Below, one piece after another: positions 8,069 to 19,122 of a DNA stretch of 64,000 nt; the first letter of the stretch is position 1, and every line of letters starts with the position of its first letter. Source of the DNA: a virus; IMG/VR virus record IMGVR_UViG_3300027917_000019, positions 64,001 to 128,000 of that record; one strand, written 5' to 3'. A program made the translations under genes and the position numbers. Below the pieces are notes generated by a model, which searched no databases, was not told the DNA's origin, and saw only the letters and a list, made by a program, of their open reading frames with translations.

Positions 8069-10410
8069 TGGCTGATGACACTACTCAAGAAGTAACTATC
8101 AAAATTCTCGGTGAAGCTGAGTCGTTTAAGAAGTCAGTAAAACAAGCGACTAAGCTCACCACGGATTTGGAAAAGCTGTCTTCTCGATACCGCAAGAGCG
8201 GTATGGGGCAAGCTAAAGCTTTAGATAAGATTACTGGGAAGCATAACAAGTCTCAGCGAGATGCAGGTAAGAAAGCCTTCGAAATGGAGAAGAAACTCCA
8301 GAAGGTTATCAAAGACAACATCAAAGAAATTCAGAAGCAGCAGAAGGCATTCAAGGGAAATGCTCTTGCAGTAAAAGAAGAGTTGAAGGCCCTCAAGGAG
8401 TTGGAGAAGCAGCATCGAAAAATTGCTGCATTCCGTAAGAAGACTGGATACCGCAGCATGGGTGAACGCTTTGGGGGTGGTGCTCGTGCTGTAGGGCGTG
8501 GTTTGGGTAGTGGTGTGCGGGGGGTAGGCCAAGGAGTTATGGCCCTTGGCGGCATGATCATGGGTGCCGTAACCGCAATTGTCGGAACCCTCATTTCAAC
8601 TGTCACCAGTCAAATCCGACAAGGATATGCGTCCTACATTAACTACGGTAGGGCTAGAGCGGGTCTTGGAGGCATGGGGGCATTCAGGGGTAACGGCCGT
8701 CGTGCATTTGGCACTGCCATGAAGTTGGGGTTCTCTAAGACAGAGACCGTCCAACAGATGCGCAATGTTGGTAGAGTTACAGGTAACATCAACGCAGTGA
8801 CACAAGCCCAGGCGGCTGCACGCTCCTTTGGTGGAGATGTGGGAGAAGTCGCTGGGTTCATGGGAACCCTTACCCGAGGTGGTCAAGGCTTTGGTGGACT
8901 CGCTGGTAAGGGTGGTGAGCGTACTCTTCGCCGTGTCATGTCTCACGCCTTCTCCTCCGGGTTGGATCACTCTCGTGCTGGAGAACACTTGGCTGCTGTT
9001 GCTTCTGGTGTTAAGGCAGCACAAACCGTAACTGGCGGAAGAGTCAACGCAGACCAGATTTCTGCTATGCTCTCGTTCTTTGGACGAAGTGGCATGCCTG
9101 GTCTTCAAGGTGCTGCTGGTATGGCGCAGCTTGGTAAGCTTGACCAAACAATCAAGAAGGCCGGATTTGGTGGAGGCGGTGACCCTACATCTGCTCTAAT
9201 CTATCAGGCTTTGGGATTTGGTCAGGCAGGTGGTACTGCTAGTTTCTATGAGGCCACTAAGCAGGCACAGCGTGGAATCTTCGGCGAGGGAGGCGCTGGT
9301 AACCTTATGAAGGTTTGGGAGCGTTTTGGTCAAACAGGTGGAGGCATAGGAACTCAGAAGACCAACATAGAGCTTTCCAACGCAACGGGGATGTCTTTGG
9401 ATGTCATTGAGTCGATAAACGACGTGATCCTAAAGAGCGGCGGCACGATTGAGGCGCAGAAGAAGATCGCAGAGATAACAAAACAACAGCTTCCAGTGCA
9501 GAAGCAGATTCTATTGGCTACCCAAGAAGGACATTTGAAGGTTGCTGAGCGTGTTGCTTTCTTGGAAAACCGTTTGGTTACTATAGGTGAAGCTACTGCC
9601 GAGTCTATTGAGAAACTTCAGGACATTTTCAACGATGTTGTTGATACGTTTTTGCCGACCGCAGTAGTTGCTCTCAAAGTCATTGCTGAAGTGGTTTCTA
9701 ACATTTGGTTCTGGTTGAAGGACTTTGGTCGTAGCTACAACGAGTCTGCAATAGAGAAGAAGAAGCTTGCAGGGATCAGTGCTGAGCGCGAGAACATTCT
9801 CAAGAAGTACGCTTCTGGTGAATATGATCGAGCAAAGGCTGCTGAAATGATGAGACAAAATGCAGCTAAGGCAGGAGCTGCCAGAGCAGCACTACAAGAT
9901 GATGTAGATCCCATCCTCGATGCATATGATGCACTAGTAGATGTTGGCCACCGTACTGGACAGGCTGTTGGAGCTATTGCTCCTGACGTTAAATCCAGGT
10001 GGCAACAAAGACAAGCTGTAGAAGCGGCAGCTGTTCGTTTGAAGCAGAGGTCGCTAATAGACGCGACAAACATTGCCGGTACTGCCTATAGAGGACGTGC
10101 TTTGGAATTTCAGAGTCGTATTGGGCAAGATGTTGCTAGGATAGGAGAGCTTTCTGGTATTTCTGAACCCACGGAAGCTCAGCGACATGAGTTGGAAACA
10201 CTGCGTGCGCGTAAGAGAGATCTTGAGCGTCGTCGTGATGAGGCTGTAAGAGAACAGGTCCAAGAAGAAGCCCAAGAATCAGGAGTGGGCGCAGGACTGA
10301 CTTCAGGGTCTCCAATCGCTTCTCGTGATGACCCCGCTTCTTTCCGCGCTAGTGGATCAATGCAAGCACCTACTACATACGTAGGTAGGGGCAGAACGGC
10401 ATACGGGTAA
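8068..10410 (+). CDS. Tape measure protein
   Basis: 780 aa, coiled-coil N-terminus, Gly/Ala-rich amphipathic body, directly after the chaperones. Confidence 0.85.
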   Translation: MADDTTQEVTIKILGEAESFKKSVKQATKLTTDLEKLSSRYRKSGMGQAKALDKITGKHNKSQRDAGKKAFEMEKKLQKVIKDNIKEIQKQQKAFKGNALAVKEELKALKELEKQHRKIAAFRKKTGYRSMGERFGGGARAVGRGLGSGVRGVGQGVMALGGMIMGAVTAIVGTLISTVTSQIRQGYASYINYGRARAGLGGMGAFRGNGRRAFGTAMKLGFSKTETVQQMRNVGRVTGNINAVTQAQAAARSFGGDVGEVAGFMGTLTRGGQGFGGLAGKGGERTLRRVMSHAFSSGLDHSRAGEHLAAVASGVKAAQTVTGGRVNADQISAMLSFFGRSGMPGLQGAAGMAQLGKLDQTIKKAGFGGGGDPTSALIYQALGFGQAGGTASFYEATKQAQRGIFGEGGAGNLMKVWERFGQTGGGIGTQKTNIELSNATGMSLDVIESINDVILKSGGTIEAQKKIAEITKQQLPVQKQILLATQEGHLKVAERVAFLENRLVTIGEATAESIEKLQDIFNDVVDTFLPTAVVALKVIAEVVSNIWFWLKDFGRSYNESAIEKKKLAGISAERENILKKYASGEYDRAKAAEMMRQNAAKAGAARAALQDDVDPILDAYDALVDVGHRTGQAVGAIAPDVKSRWQQRQAVEAAAVRLKQRSLIDATNIAGTAYRGRALEFQSRIGQDVARIGELSGISEPTEAQRHELETLRARKRDLERRRDEAVREQVQEEAQESGVGAGLTSGSPIASRDDPASFRASGSMQAPTTYVGRGRTAYG

Positions 10411-10413
10411 TAG

Positions 10414-13400
10414 ATGTCAGCAATTGACTCTGGGGCGCCCGAATCAGGGGCAGATAGTGTAGATGGGTTGCGTAGGTACACTACGCGCATCAAAGTACTA
10501 GTTCATTCGCATAATCATGCCGATGGCCCTATAAATCTTTCCGACGATGTAATGTCCTGTCAACTCGGTAAGAATATCAAGGGAGTTGGCAGAGCTAATA
10601 TTGCGGTAGTAGCTAGAAATAGCTACTTGAACATGCTTTATCCAAACGACTACATCAACATCTATTTCGATGTGGGTGATGGTAAGGGGTGGGTGCGTAC
10701 TTTCTTTGGGCTGATAGACCGCGTAGAAGAGGACATCACCGTTGCTGAAAACGGAGTACCTACCACGCTCTACCACATCATCGCTACAGACTTCCAGAAG
10801 ATCTTCCAGAAGACTAACATCTACTTCAACCCCCACCTGTTCGACAGACCCGACATGTCTGGTGAGGACTTCAACGCATTCAACATCGGTGGTGTTGTGT
10901 TGATGACGCGCGGTATTCGTGTACAGGGTAGTCCTGCGGACATGGTTACCAACCAGATTTTGTTGCAGATTGGATTTGGAAGTCAATGGAAACTCCCAGA
11001 TAGTTATCCTGCTGCTGTTGAAGACCGCTTTGCAAATCAACGTGCACAATATGCACAAGACAGGTTGTTTGAGTCTGTTAGCAATTTGATGACTCCAGAA
11101 GAGTCAGATCGCTTGCGTACAATTCTACAAGAGCGTGGCCTCAATGCGTACGCGCTCGACACAGAGGATGAGGTCACTTCTGCACTTACAAGCAATGCAG
11201 GAGATAGTTTGTCTTCTGGGGATGCTTCAGAACGCACTGCAGCAGCTATACAAGCTGTTGGATTAGACCGCGCTGACGTTGAGGCAGGGGAACTGACAGC
11301 CCTCACATCTACTACAGATGTTGGGAGCATGGCTAGAATCCTTTCAGACGCGCGCATTAGGCAACAACTCTTTGGCAGTGGGTTGTCAAACGAGAGCCAA
11401 CAGATAGCGCGAGAAGCTATCAACAGCTACATAGGCACGGAGTTGGTTTCTAGGAATGCTACTAACATCGTAGACATTATGAATGTCTTTGACTTCGTAG
11501 AACGTAGAGCCATCGACGGTTATGCTTTTGACCTTGCTATCTGGGAGAAGCAAGGGCCTCTTGAGAGTATCCTTCGTTCTGTGTCTAACGAAGCTATCAA
11601 TGAGTTGTTTTTTGACCTTCGCCCGCTTACGACAATTCCTGAGGGGGGAGAAGACCCTAACGTATTCCACAAGGCAGGAACCGATTGGGATTACCGTCCT
11701 GATGAAATTGGTGGAAACAAACCAGACGTTACAAACCGCGCTAGCGGTGTTCGATACATGCCTTCTGTGGTTATGCGTGAATACCCGTGGGCTACCACAC
11801 ACAGAATCGACGCTAGCGGTGTAGACGTCAGCGTTGGTAACAATGACGGCCAGTCAGGGAACTTGGGTATCATCTACTTTGGTGGTATATTCTCCAACCG
11901 TCCTAATGAACCGGGTCGACACCTTGTTGGAATACCGGTCTTGAATCTTGAAGAACAGGTAAACGGATTCCGAGGACCTAATCGTACTTACAAGCATTTG
12001 GATGTAGCTGTAATCTCTGAAACGGAAATACGACAGACACGTCTTGGGCGTTCAGATGCTGAGCACTTCAACCTCTTTGAGATGTGGACTGAGGGCGTTT
12101 CTGGTCCAGAGATGCGCTACTACATGTACGACTTCCTGCCTATTATCACCCCTATTCACATTCAGAGGCACGGACTGCGTACTCGTACGGTAACCACTAG
12201 ATTCTCTAGGTATCCGCCTGCGTTGTCTAGAAATCTTCGACCGCAAGCAGAAACACCTGCGGAGGAGGAAGTAGAAGAGGCAGAAGTAACTGCAGCGGAG
12301 GCGCCAAGGGAGGAGAGAGAATTAGTTCCTCCCGTGGGAGCACACCCCTCATTACATTTCAGAAATATAAACCAGATGGCATATGGTTATCGTCCGCGTG
12401 ATGGAGGTTGGACTTTCCATAACGGCATCGATATTTACGGAGACGGTCCAGATCTTTCTGTGTATCCTTTCAGTGTACAAAAGGAAGGAAAGTCTCAAGG
12501 GCAGGTAGATGTAGTAGCTATTGCTGATGGTTTGATTGTAGGGTCAATGGCACAAGGAACTATGTCTAAGTATGGAAATGCAGTTGCTATTTACCACCCG
12601 CAATATGATGTAATTTCTTGGTATGCTCACCTCGCTCATCGTGAAGAGCTTACAGGGAATGTAGATGCAAGTAGACGTAGAGCGGATGCTTTCAACAGGG
12701 AGTATACTACTATCGGTAGCAGTAGTAGGTTTACTCCCATCCCTGTTCGAAGAGGACAAAAGATAGGATCAGTAGGGGTTACGCAGGGGGTTAGTGATGG
12801 AGATCCTAATGCAATCTTTCGCACAGACCGTGCTCACCTGCACTTTGAAATTATGCATAGGGTACCGTCTAGAAATCACGACGCTACTCCAATTATTCCC
12901 TACACCACGCTTGCCCGCACCAGTCCTAAGCCGCCCGGATCGAACCCATACGGCGAAGATCCTGTTGAATGGTTTGCCTCTCATGGAGTAGATTTAGAAG
13001 CTGAAATTAGAGCGCTTGGAGACACCCCCACAGCCTCAGACTTCGATGAAGAAACCAGTATTGATGACACTGATGAAGTAGCTCCTACCGCAGAATCTCG
13101 AATAGCTTCTGGAATAGAGGATGAGGTATCAACAACCCTTACTACAACCCGCCAGCAAACCATGCGTGGTGTGGTGGATTCAATAGACCAGAGAAAGCAA
13201 ATTGGTCGTTGGGCGTTGTTGCAGGACCATTGGTATCAGCACAACCTTGAGTATCTTTCTGGGTCTGTTGTTATGCGTGGTGCTCCTGAGATTCGTATAG
13301 GGTACCGCCTGGACATCAAAGAACGCCGTACTAGTTTCTATGTAGAAGGTGTGCAGCATTCTTGGCAGTACCCCAACGAGATGCAGACTACCCTTCAGGT

Positions 13401-13917
13401 AACTCGTGGACAGCCTAATAACCCGTATCCGGCGTATGCTCTTCCGCCAACGCAAGGCTTCAATAGTCCTCCTGAGGCACGACGCGGGGCTTCAAGGTTG
13501 GCTCACTTCTTCGTCGTGCCAGATCCCATAGCTATTCGCAGAGCCATTGCTTTGCGAGACAACTCTGCGGGTAATGTAGTTTCCCATGAAAGGGCTAACA
13601 AGAACTTCTTGAATATAATCGACGATAGTAGATATTTCACAGAGTTTGGCTATGGAGAAGGACCTCGTGGATTGCTTTTGCCCACCAGTCAAGAGTTTGA
13701 TTCTCCTGCTGCAGCTCTTGCAGAGATTGCGGCGGCTTCTGACATCAGTGAGGAGGAAGCTAGGGAACAACTACGTGCGGCTGGACTAGAGGTTGGAGAG
13801 AATGGTGTTGTGCGTACAGACATAGACCCAGAAGGTGTGAGTACTCCGCTTTCTGGAGCTACTGAAGGTGCAACCAGCTTTGATGGTGTTCCTGTTCCTG
13901 GGTTAGACCAGTGGTGA
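10414..13917 (+). CDS. Baseplate hub / tail-associated lysin with an inserted M23 peptidase
   Basis: Hub-like N-terminus (FFGLIDRV) and C-terminus (GAPEIRIGYRL..FYVEGVQHSW..TTLQVTRG). M23 motifs HNGID, YGN, YAHL and HLHFE. Confidence 0.85.
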   Translation: MSAIDSGAPESGADSVDGLRRYTTRIKVLVHSHNHADGPINLSDDVMSCQLGKNIKGVGRANIAVVARNSYLNMLYPNDYINIYFDVGDGKGWVRTFFGLIDRVEEDITVAENGVPTTLYHIIATDFQKIFQKTNIYFNPHLFDRPDMSGEDFNAFNIGGVVLMTRGIRVQGSPADMVTNQILLQIGFGSQWKLPDSYPAAVEDRFANQRAQYAQDRLFESVSNLMTPEESDRLRTILQERGLNAYALDTEDEVTSALTSNAGDSLSSGDASERTAAAIQAVGLDRADVEAGELTALTSTTDVGSMARILSDARIRQQLFGSGLSNESQQIAREAINSYIGTELVSRNATNIVDIMNVFDFVERRAIDGYAFDLAIWEKQGPLESILRSVSNEAINELFFDLRPLTTIPEGGEDPNVFHKAGTDWDYRPDEIGGNKPDVTNRASGVRYMPSVVMREYPWATTHRIDASGVDVSVGNNDGQSGNLGIIYFGGIFSNRPNEPGRHLVGIPVLNLEEQVNGFRGPNRTYKHLDVAVISETEIRQTRLGRSDAEHFNLFEMWTEGVSGPEMRYYMYDFLPIITPIHIQRHGLRTRTVTTRFSRYPPALSRNLRPQAETPAEEEVEEAEVTAAEAPREERELVPPVGAHPSLHFRNINQMAYGYRPRDGGWTFHNGIDIYGDGPDLSVYPFSVQKEGKSQGQVDVVAIADGLIVGSMAQGTMSKYGNAVAIYHPQYDVISWYAHLAHREELTGNVDASRRRADAFNREYTTIGSSSRFTPIPVRRGQKIGSVGVTQGVSDGDPNAIFRTDRAHLHFEIMHRVPSRNHDATPIIPYTTLARTSPKPPGSNPYGEDPVEWFASHGVDLEAEIRALGDTPTASDFDEETSIDDTDEVAPTAESRIASGIEDEVSTTLTTTRQQTMRGVVDSIDQRKQIGRWALLQDHWYQHNLEYLSGSVVMRGAPEIRIGYRLDIKERRTSFYVEGVQHSWQYPNEMQTTLQVTRGQPNNPYPAYALPPTQGFNSPPEARRGASRLAHFFVVPDPIAIRRAIALRDNSAGNVVSHERANKNFLNIIDDSRYFTEFGYGEGPRGLLLPTSQEFDSPAAALAEIAAASDISEEEAREQLRAAGLEVGENGVVRTDIDPEGVSTPLSGATEGATSFDGVPVPGLDQW

Positions 13918-13923
13918 TAAACG

Positions 13924-15336
13924 ATGAGTAATGACTGGCGTCCTATAGTTGGTATCGATAGAGGCCCTGTTCAGCAAGGTTTGGTAACAGATCCTGCTGA
14001 TTATGAGCACTATCAAATGAACAGCCTTATGTTGGGTGTCATTCTTGAGGTGTATCCTTCCGACTCCGAACTTAACCGAACAGCCCACATCTCTGAACAG
14101 CGTCGAGGATTTTACCACGAAGCTAAAGTGCTATTGGTAAACACCAACTCTTCTTCTAACCTTCTTGTCGACCACGCGGTTATTTGCCCATCTGTTCACA
14201 CAGGATTAGACGACTACTATGAACATCTTCCTCGTGGAAGTTCTAACCGCGTAGATGGTGAACGTTACGTTGTTGGTGGTGCTAACGTAGACCCGTACGA
14301 TCTAGATGGTGATTGGTGTGTTGTAGGCTTTATGGGGGGAAGTTTGGACCAACCCTTCATAGTCGCGTGGTGGCCTCATCCTAGGAATGTTTACGACGCT
14401 GCTACCAGCGGGAACGCTAATGCGAATAGGACTGGGGTACCCCAGTCGTTAGACCAGAAGAACAGATACTTTCGTAGAATAAATGGAGTTGAGCATGTTG
14501 TTACTGGACGCGGAGATATCTACCTATCCACAACGTATGCCAACTCAGACCTTCGCTTCGGCACTGACATTCCTGCAACCAAAGGGCGCTTCCCTCGCAG
14601 CCTGAAGGCAGAAGAGGGAGGGTCTATTCTACTTGAAGTTAAGCCTACACAGACTTTAGAACTATCTTGGGACGAACAAATAGATGGTGCTGGGATACGC
14701 CGTGGAAGTGAGGCTGAGCTTCCTCAAACTAACCCTCCTCCAACAACGAGGCAAAACGCTTCAGCTACCCCACGTACAAAAACGTACGTGAAAATTGACC
14801 AAGAAGAGTTTCGTGTAGATGTTCCTGAGGATGTCAAAGTCACTAGTGGCAAGCGTGTTCGAATCTTCTGCGAGGATACAACTACCCTTTTTGCTACCAA
14901 CCTGCTAGAATTGGAAGCAGCACAGGTATCACTCGCAGGAACTTCGGGTATTACGCTTGACAGTGATACAGGTAACATTTCCCTCAGTGCAGCTACTCTA
15001 GTAGACTTGATATCACAAGCTGCAATGAATCTCACAGCTTCCGGTGCTATTACCATTGGTGGGTCTTCGGTGACCATTGGCCCATCTACTCCTGGCGCTG
15101 GAACAATAAGCTCTACAGATACAGGCGTTGCACTAGGAACAGGTGCAGTGGATGCTATTGTTAGGGGAACGGCATTGGACACGGCGTGGGCACCTGTCAG
15201 TACAACGTTAACAGCTGTTCCGGCTGCTGCCGACTTGGCATCAGCTATAACCTTGGCAAACGCAAATAAGGCAGCTATTCTAGCATTGATAGCGGCCCTT
15301 GCTGGCAGTCTTTCAACTACAAATACTACGGGATAA
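13924..15336 (+). CDS. Baseplate central spike (gpV/gp5-like)
   Basis: OB-fold signature (GDWCVVGFMGGSLDQPFIV) followed by beta-helix-type repeats. Confidence 0.75.
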   Translation: MSNDWRPIVGIDRGPVQQGLVTDPADYEHYQMNSLMLGVILEVYPSDSELNRTAHISEQRRGFYHEAKVLLVNTNSSSNLLVDHAVICPSVHTGLDDYYEHLPRGSSNRVDGERYVVGGANVDPYDLDGDWCVVGFMGGSLDQPFIVAWWPHPRNVYDAATSGNANANRTGVPQSLDQKNRYFRRINGVEHVVTGRGDIYLSTTYANSDLRFGTDIPATKGRFPRSLKAEEGGSILLEVKPTQTLELSWDEQIDGAGIRRGSEAELPQTNPPPTTRQNASATPRTKTYVKIDQEEFRVDVPEDVKVTSGKRVRIFCEDTTTLFATNLLELEAAQVSLAGTSGITLDSDTGNISLSAATLVDLISQAAMNLTASGAITIGGSSVTIGPSTPGAGTISSTDTGVALGTGAVDAIVRGTALDTAWAPVSTTLTAVPAAADLASAITLANANKAAILALIAALAGSLSTTNTTG

Positions 15337-17282
15337 TGGCAACAGGAAACTCTCCCATTCTTTTGCGCGGTTCTACTGTCTCTCGTTTTACAGACGAGCA
15401 GCGTACAGAGCGTGTGAATTTGGGTGCACAAATCACACCCACGATTCAGAGACTGTATAGCATCTTCTTGTGGGATTTGGATGCTGGTGAGATTCTAGTA
15501 TCTCGTCCTTCTTTGGACCCTGCAGAGCGCACTGACAGGGCTGAGTATTTCTTCACGACGCCCCCCAAGGTTCACGATATGACTGAACCGTTTGCTACTC
15601 GCATTATTGCCACACAAAACGGTGGTAAGTACATTGAGTCACACGGTTCTATTTTCAAAGAGATTCGTGTGTCGGGAAACACGGGGTTGCGCCCGCGTAA
15701 GAAGCTTCCGAACGTCATCCCTCTATTGCCTACTTCTTCATTCTTGGGCGTAGCTGAAGCGTTTACAGCAACGGGGTTTGGTAACGAGATTCGTAAGATC
15801 CCCTCAGAAGAGAAGACTGGCTTTGACGATATCCACTTTCTGCGAAACATCTTTCGTAGGTACTCAGACTCCAAGGGCCGTAATGAGCGCCTGATTATGG
15901 TGTGGAGAAATGTCAAGGATGATGATTACTGGGTTGTAGAGCCACGTTCATTCAAACTCCTTCAGAATTCATCTTCACCGCTTACGTACGGGTATCAACT
16001 GGATATGCAGGGGTTGTCCAAGTTCGACCCTTCATTGGCTGTAGTTACTGCTGTAGCAGATCCTCTTGAAGCTCTGAGAAACATTTCGAGGTTCTTCTCT
16101 CGTATTCAAGAGTTCAAGCAGAACTTGTTGTCTTCTTTCTTGGTTGTTGCCACACAGATTAAGCGAATTCAGGGAGCTGGCCACTTCCTGATGAATAACT
16201 CACTAGGGTCTTTGACTGCTGTGATTCAAGGACTTACGGCGATTACCTCTGCAACTTCAGACGTGGCCCCTGGTCTACAGAGAACAGTTAGAGAAGCTAA
16301 GGACAACTTCAACGCGGCGCTTGCTGATCTCACTGCACCTCTAGAGCTTGCAACTCCGAGCGCTTCTTTTACTCCTGAACAAGAGAAGCACCTAAACAAC
16401 TTTGGGACACTAATCAATACTGTGCGTAAAGTCTTGCGCATACTTGACTTCATTCAGATTGAGCCGACCCTGCAAGACAACATCTCTACGAGCGAGGATG
16501 GCGTCAGGCGTCGAGCACGTGGCACCTATCGTACGCCGGGGGGAGGCACAGGGTCTCCGACGTCTCCACGCACTGCAGGGGATCCTACGTACATTGGAAG
16601 TTCAAGCTCTCCCTCTGCCGTAGCTGAGGCTAGAGTTGGGGTTGGAGAGACAATCCGAGACCTTTCTATGCGTTTGTTGGGAGACTTCAGGCGTTGGCAC
16701 GAGCTAGTTCTTTTGAACGATCTCAGAGCACCCTTTGTTTCTGATGGGGCACTCACTCCAGGAGTTCTAGCGCCTGGGGACGTTATTCTTTATCCCACAC
16801 CGATTGGCGTTACTGATCCTTCTAGAATTTCTCCCAGGATGCTTACAGACGCGGAAACTGAGAACCAAGACCAGAACGTATCTGGAATCATTTCTCAGAC
16901 GTATGGACGTGACCTGCGTTTGAAGTCTGTGGAAACAGATCTTACAGACCTGGCAGTGAACCAACGGGGAGACATTTCCACTATAGTTGGTATTCCCAAC
17001 GTCAAGCAGGCAATTCTTATCAAGTTTGCTACAGAGCAAGGGACGCTTCCTGCACACCCAGGGTTTGGTGCTCGCTTCCCTATCGGTTCTAAAGCAGACG
17101 TGGTGTCTTTCAATGAGTTCCGTATAAACACACTTTCTACTTTACAAAGCGATCCCCGTATTACAGACGTGTCCAGACTAGAGTTCAAGTCTCTTGCTGA
17201 CGTTTTGGTTGTAAGTGCTGAAGTCATCTTGCAGGACGGGGCAGATTTCCTAAACACTGACTTCGCTCTCCGTAGGTTCTAA
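15336..17282 (+). CDS. Fused tube-initiator-like / LysM-like / gp25-like baseplate protein
   Basis: N-terminal TQNGG..IRVSGNTG domain, LysM-like GETIRDLSMRLLGD..W..LVLLN.L, C-terminal gp25-like GIPNVKQAI..GTLPAHPGFG..DPRI. Confidence 0.75.
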   Translation: MATGNSPILLRGSTVSRFTDEQRTERVNLGAQITPTIQRLYSIFLWDLDAGEILVSRPSLDPAERTDRAEYFFTTPPKVHDMTEPFATRIIATQNGGKYIESHGSIFKEIRVSGNTGLRPRKKLPNVIPLLPTSSFLGVAEAFTATGFGNEIRKIPSEEKTGFDDIHFLRNIFRRYSDSKGRNERLIMVWRNVKDDDYWVVEPRSFKLLQNSSSPLTYGYQLDMQGLSKFDPSLAVVTAVADPLEALRNISRFFSRIQEFKQNLLSSFLVVATQIKRIQGAGHFLMNNSLGSLTAVIQGLTAITSATSDVAPGLQRTVREAKDNFNAALADLTAPLELATPSASFTPEQEKHLNNFGTLINTVRKVLRILDFIQIEPTLQDNISTSEDGVRRRARGTYRTPGGGTGSPTSPRTAGDPTYIGSSSSPSAVAEARVGVGETIRDLSMRLLGDFRRWHELVLLNDLRAPFVSDGALTPGVLAPGDVILYPTPIGVTDPSRISPRMLTDAETENQDQNVSGIISQTYGRDLRLKSVETDLTDLAVNQRGDISTIVGIPNVKQAILIKFATEQGTLPAHPGFGARFPIGSKADVVSFNEFRINTLSTLQSDPRITDVSRLEFKSLADVLVVSAEVILQDGADFLNTDFALRRF

Positions 17283-17283
17283 T

Positions 17284-19122
17284 ATGCCTTTCGTCCCTCG
17301 CACTTACGAGCAAATTCTTGAAAGCATGATTGCTCACGTTCAAGCTAACACGATCATCTCCGATTGGACGGTAGGTTCTGTTGCTAGAACTATCCTTGAA
17401 GCATCGGCATTAGAAGATGACGAGCAGTATTTCCAGATGGTACAGTTGTTGGATGCATTCCGCATCACAACGGCCAGAGGGGAAGACCTAGACAGACGTT
17501 TGGCTGATTTCGGAATTGTTCGTAGAGACGCACAAACAGCTACTTGTCGTGTTCGTTTCTTTGATGCAAACCTAATCACAGAACAACTTGCGCAAGAAGA
17601 GGCTGTTGGCGCTTCATCTATAGTTCTGTTTGACTCTTCTGCGTTCCCTACCTCTGGATATCCATATGTAGTTCGTATTGCGGAGGGAACTACTCGTGTT
17701 CAAAATTTGACAGTGACGGCGAACGTTATTTCAACAAACACTCTTACACTATCTACTACCTTGGACAATAACATGGTAGTAGGTGACAGGGTGTCTTTGG
17801 TGACGGGGGCGTCTTCTCACACCATAAATACTGGAACAAGTGTGCAGGCACCTCCAACCGTTTCTGAAGCCCCGAGGCTCTTTGTTACACAGGAGCCTGG
17901 TTTCATCGCTGCTGGTAACTTCTTCTCCAACGAAGTCATCGTAAAGGCACAAGCTAGTGGAACCGCTGGTAATGTAGGTGCTGGGCGCATTACACAGTTC
18001 GCAAGTGGTCCTCCATTCCCTGGTGGTGGTGTAATCAATCAAGTAGCCGGCTCTGGTGGTGAGCTGCGTGAGAGTGACTTCGATTTTAGACAACGCGCCC
18101 TAGACCAACTGCAGGCACTATCAAGAGGAACCCCTCTAGCACTTCGTACAGCAGCGATTGGTGTTACTGACGAAAACACTGGACAAACTTCCGTCAGCGC
18201 TAACATTATTGAAGATTTTGCAGCAGACGAGGTCATCGTATACATTGACGACGGTACTGGATTGGTGCCAGATGTAATTGCCTTGGCTAGTGATTCTTTG
18301 GGGAGTGCTGTTAGTATTGGTGCGGGCGTTATCACTTTGGTAGATTCATCGCAGTTCCCGAGTTCTGGAACAGTGTTGATTGAGACAGATGCATCTTTGA
18401 ACCCTTCGGAGTTGTTGGACTACGTGTCAAAAGATGATACACTCAACACCCTAACGCTTTCAGGAACCGCAGCCAGCGCACACGACATAAGCTCTACAGT
18501 GTTGTTTGTTGATGAGGTAACGAGTAGTGCAGAGTCTGGGCAACGAAGGTTTGAGCTACAGAATCCTCCAGTAGTGCGAGGAACAGACCGTATTTTTGTC
18601 AACCCAGGGTCTGGTTGGATTGAACAAACACCTGATACTGATTATCGTTTGAATCGCGGTACCGGGGAATTTCAGTTCGTATCTTTAGGTGGTGTAGCTA
18701 CCGGTACGGCTATTGTGGGACACTATTCATATTACACCAACCTCATCAGAACGGTTCAACGAGTGCTTGAAGGAGATTTGGACAGCTCCAGCGCATATCC
18801 TGGTGTGAAGGCGGCAGGAATTTTCTTGAGCGTTGAGGCTCCGAATATCAAGCGTGTCACAGTTGTTGCTTCCATTTCTGCTTCTATTGGGTTTGTCGAA
18901 AGCGACCTTGCTCCTCAAGTACAATCCCAAATAGAGACCTACATCAACTCCCTTAAGATTGGTGAAGATGTAATTCGCTCTAAGCTCATTGACGTGGCTT
19001 ATAGAGTTCGAGGTCTGCAGGACATCACAATTGCGTTGCCTACCAGCAACATTACTATTCTAGAAAATCAGCTGCCCGTACCTTTTGCAGCTGATGGGAC
19101 ATCTCTAGTAACCATTCTATGA
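17284..19122 (+). CDS. Baseplate J-like wedge protein
   Basis: GSVARTILEA, ARGEDLD, GTAGNV, GG..RESD..FRQR, KAAGI, YINSLKIGEDV. Confidence 0.9.
   Translation: MPFVPRTYEQILESMIAHVQANTIISDWTVGSVARTILEASALEDDEQYFQMVQLLDAFRITTARGEDLDRRLADFGIVRRDAQTATCRVRFFDANLITEQLAQEEAVGASSIVLFDSSAFPTSGYPYVVRIAEGTTRVQNLTVTANVISTNTLTLSTTLDNNMVVGDRVSLVTGASSHTINTGTSVQAPPTVSEAPRLFVTQEPGFIAAGNFFSNEVIVKAQASGTAGNVGAGRITQFASGPPFPGGGVINQVAGSGGELRESDFDFRQRALDQLQALSRGTPLALRTAAIGVTDENTGQTSVSANIIEDFAADEVIVYIDDGTGLVPDVIALASDSLGSAVSIGAGVITLVDSSQFPSSGTVLIETDASLNPSELLDYVSKDDTLNTLTLSGTAASAHDISSTVLFVDEVTSSAESGQRRFELQNPPVVRGTDRIFVNPGSGWIEQTPDTDYRLNRGTGEFQFVSLGGVATGTAIVGHYSYYTNLIRTVQRVLEGDLDSSSAYPGVKAAGIFLSVEAPNIKRVTVVASISASIGFVESDLAPQVQSQIETYINSLKIGEDVIRSKLIDVAYRVRGLQDITIALPTSNITILENQLPVPFAADGTSLVTIL

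Noticed and set aside
14724-15431. Long minus-strand ORFs (e.g. 14724-15431, 670-1272, 25886-26494, 61822-62442)
   Set aside because: They are antisense shadows of well-supported + strand genes, with no recognisable motifs.
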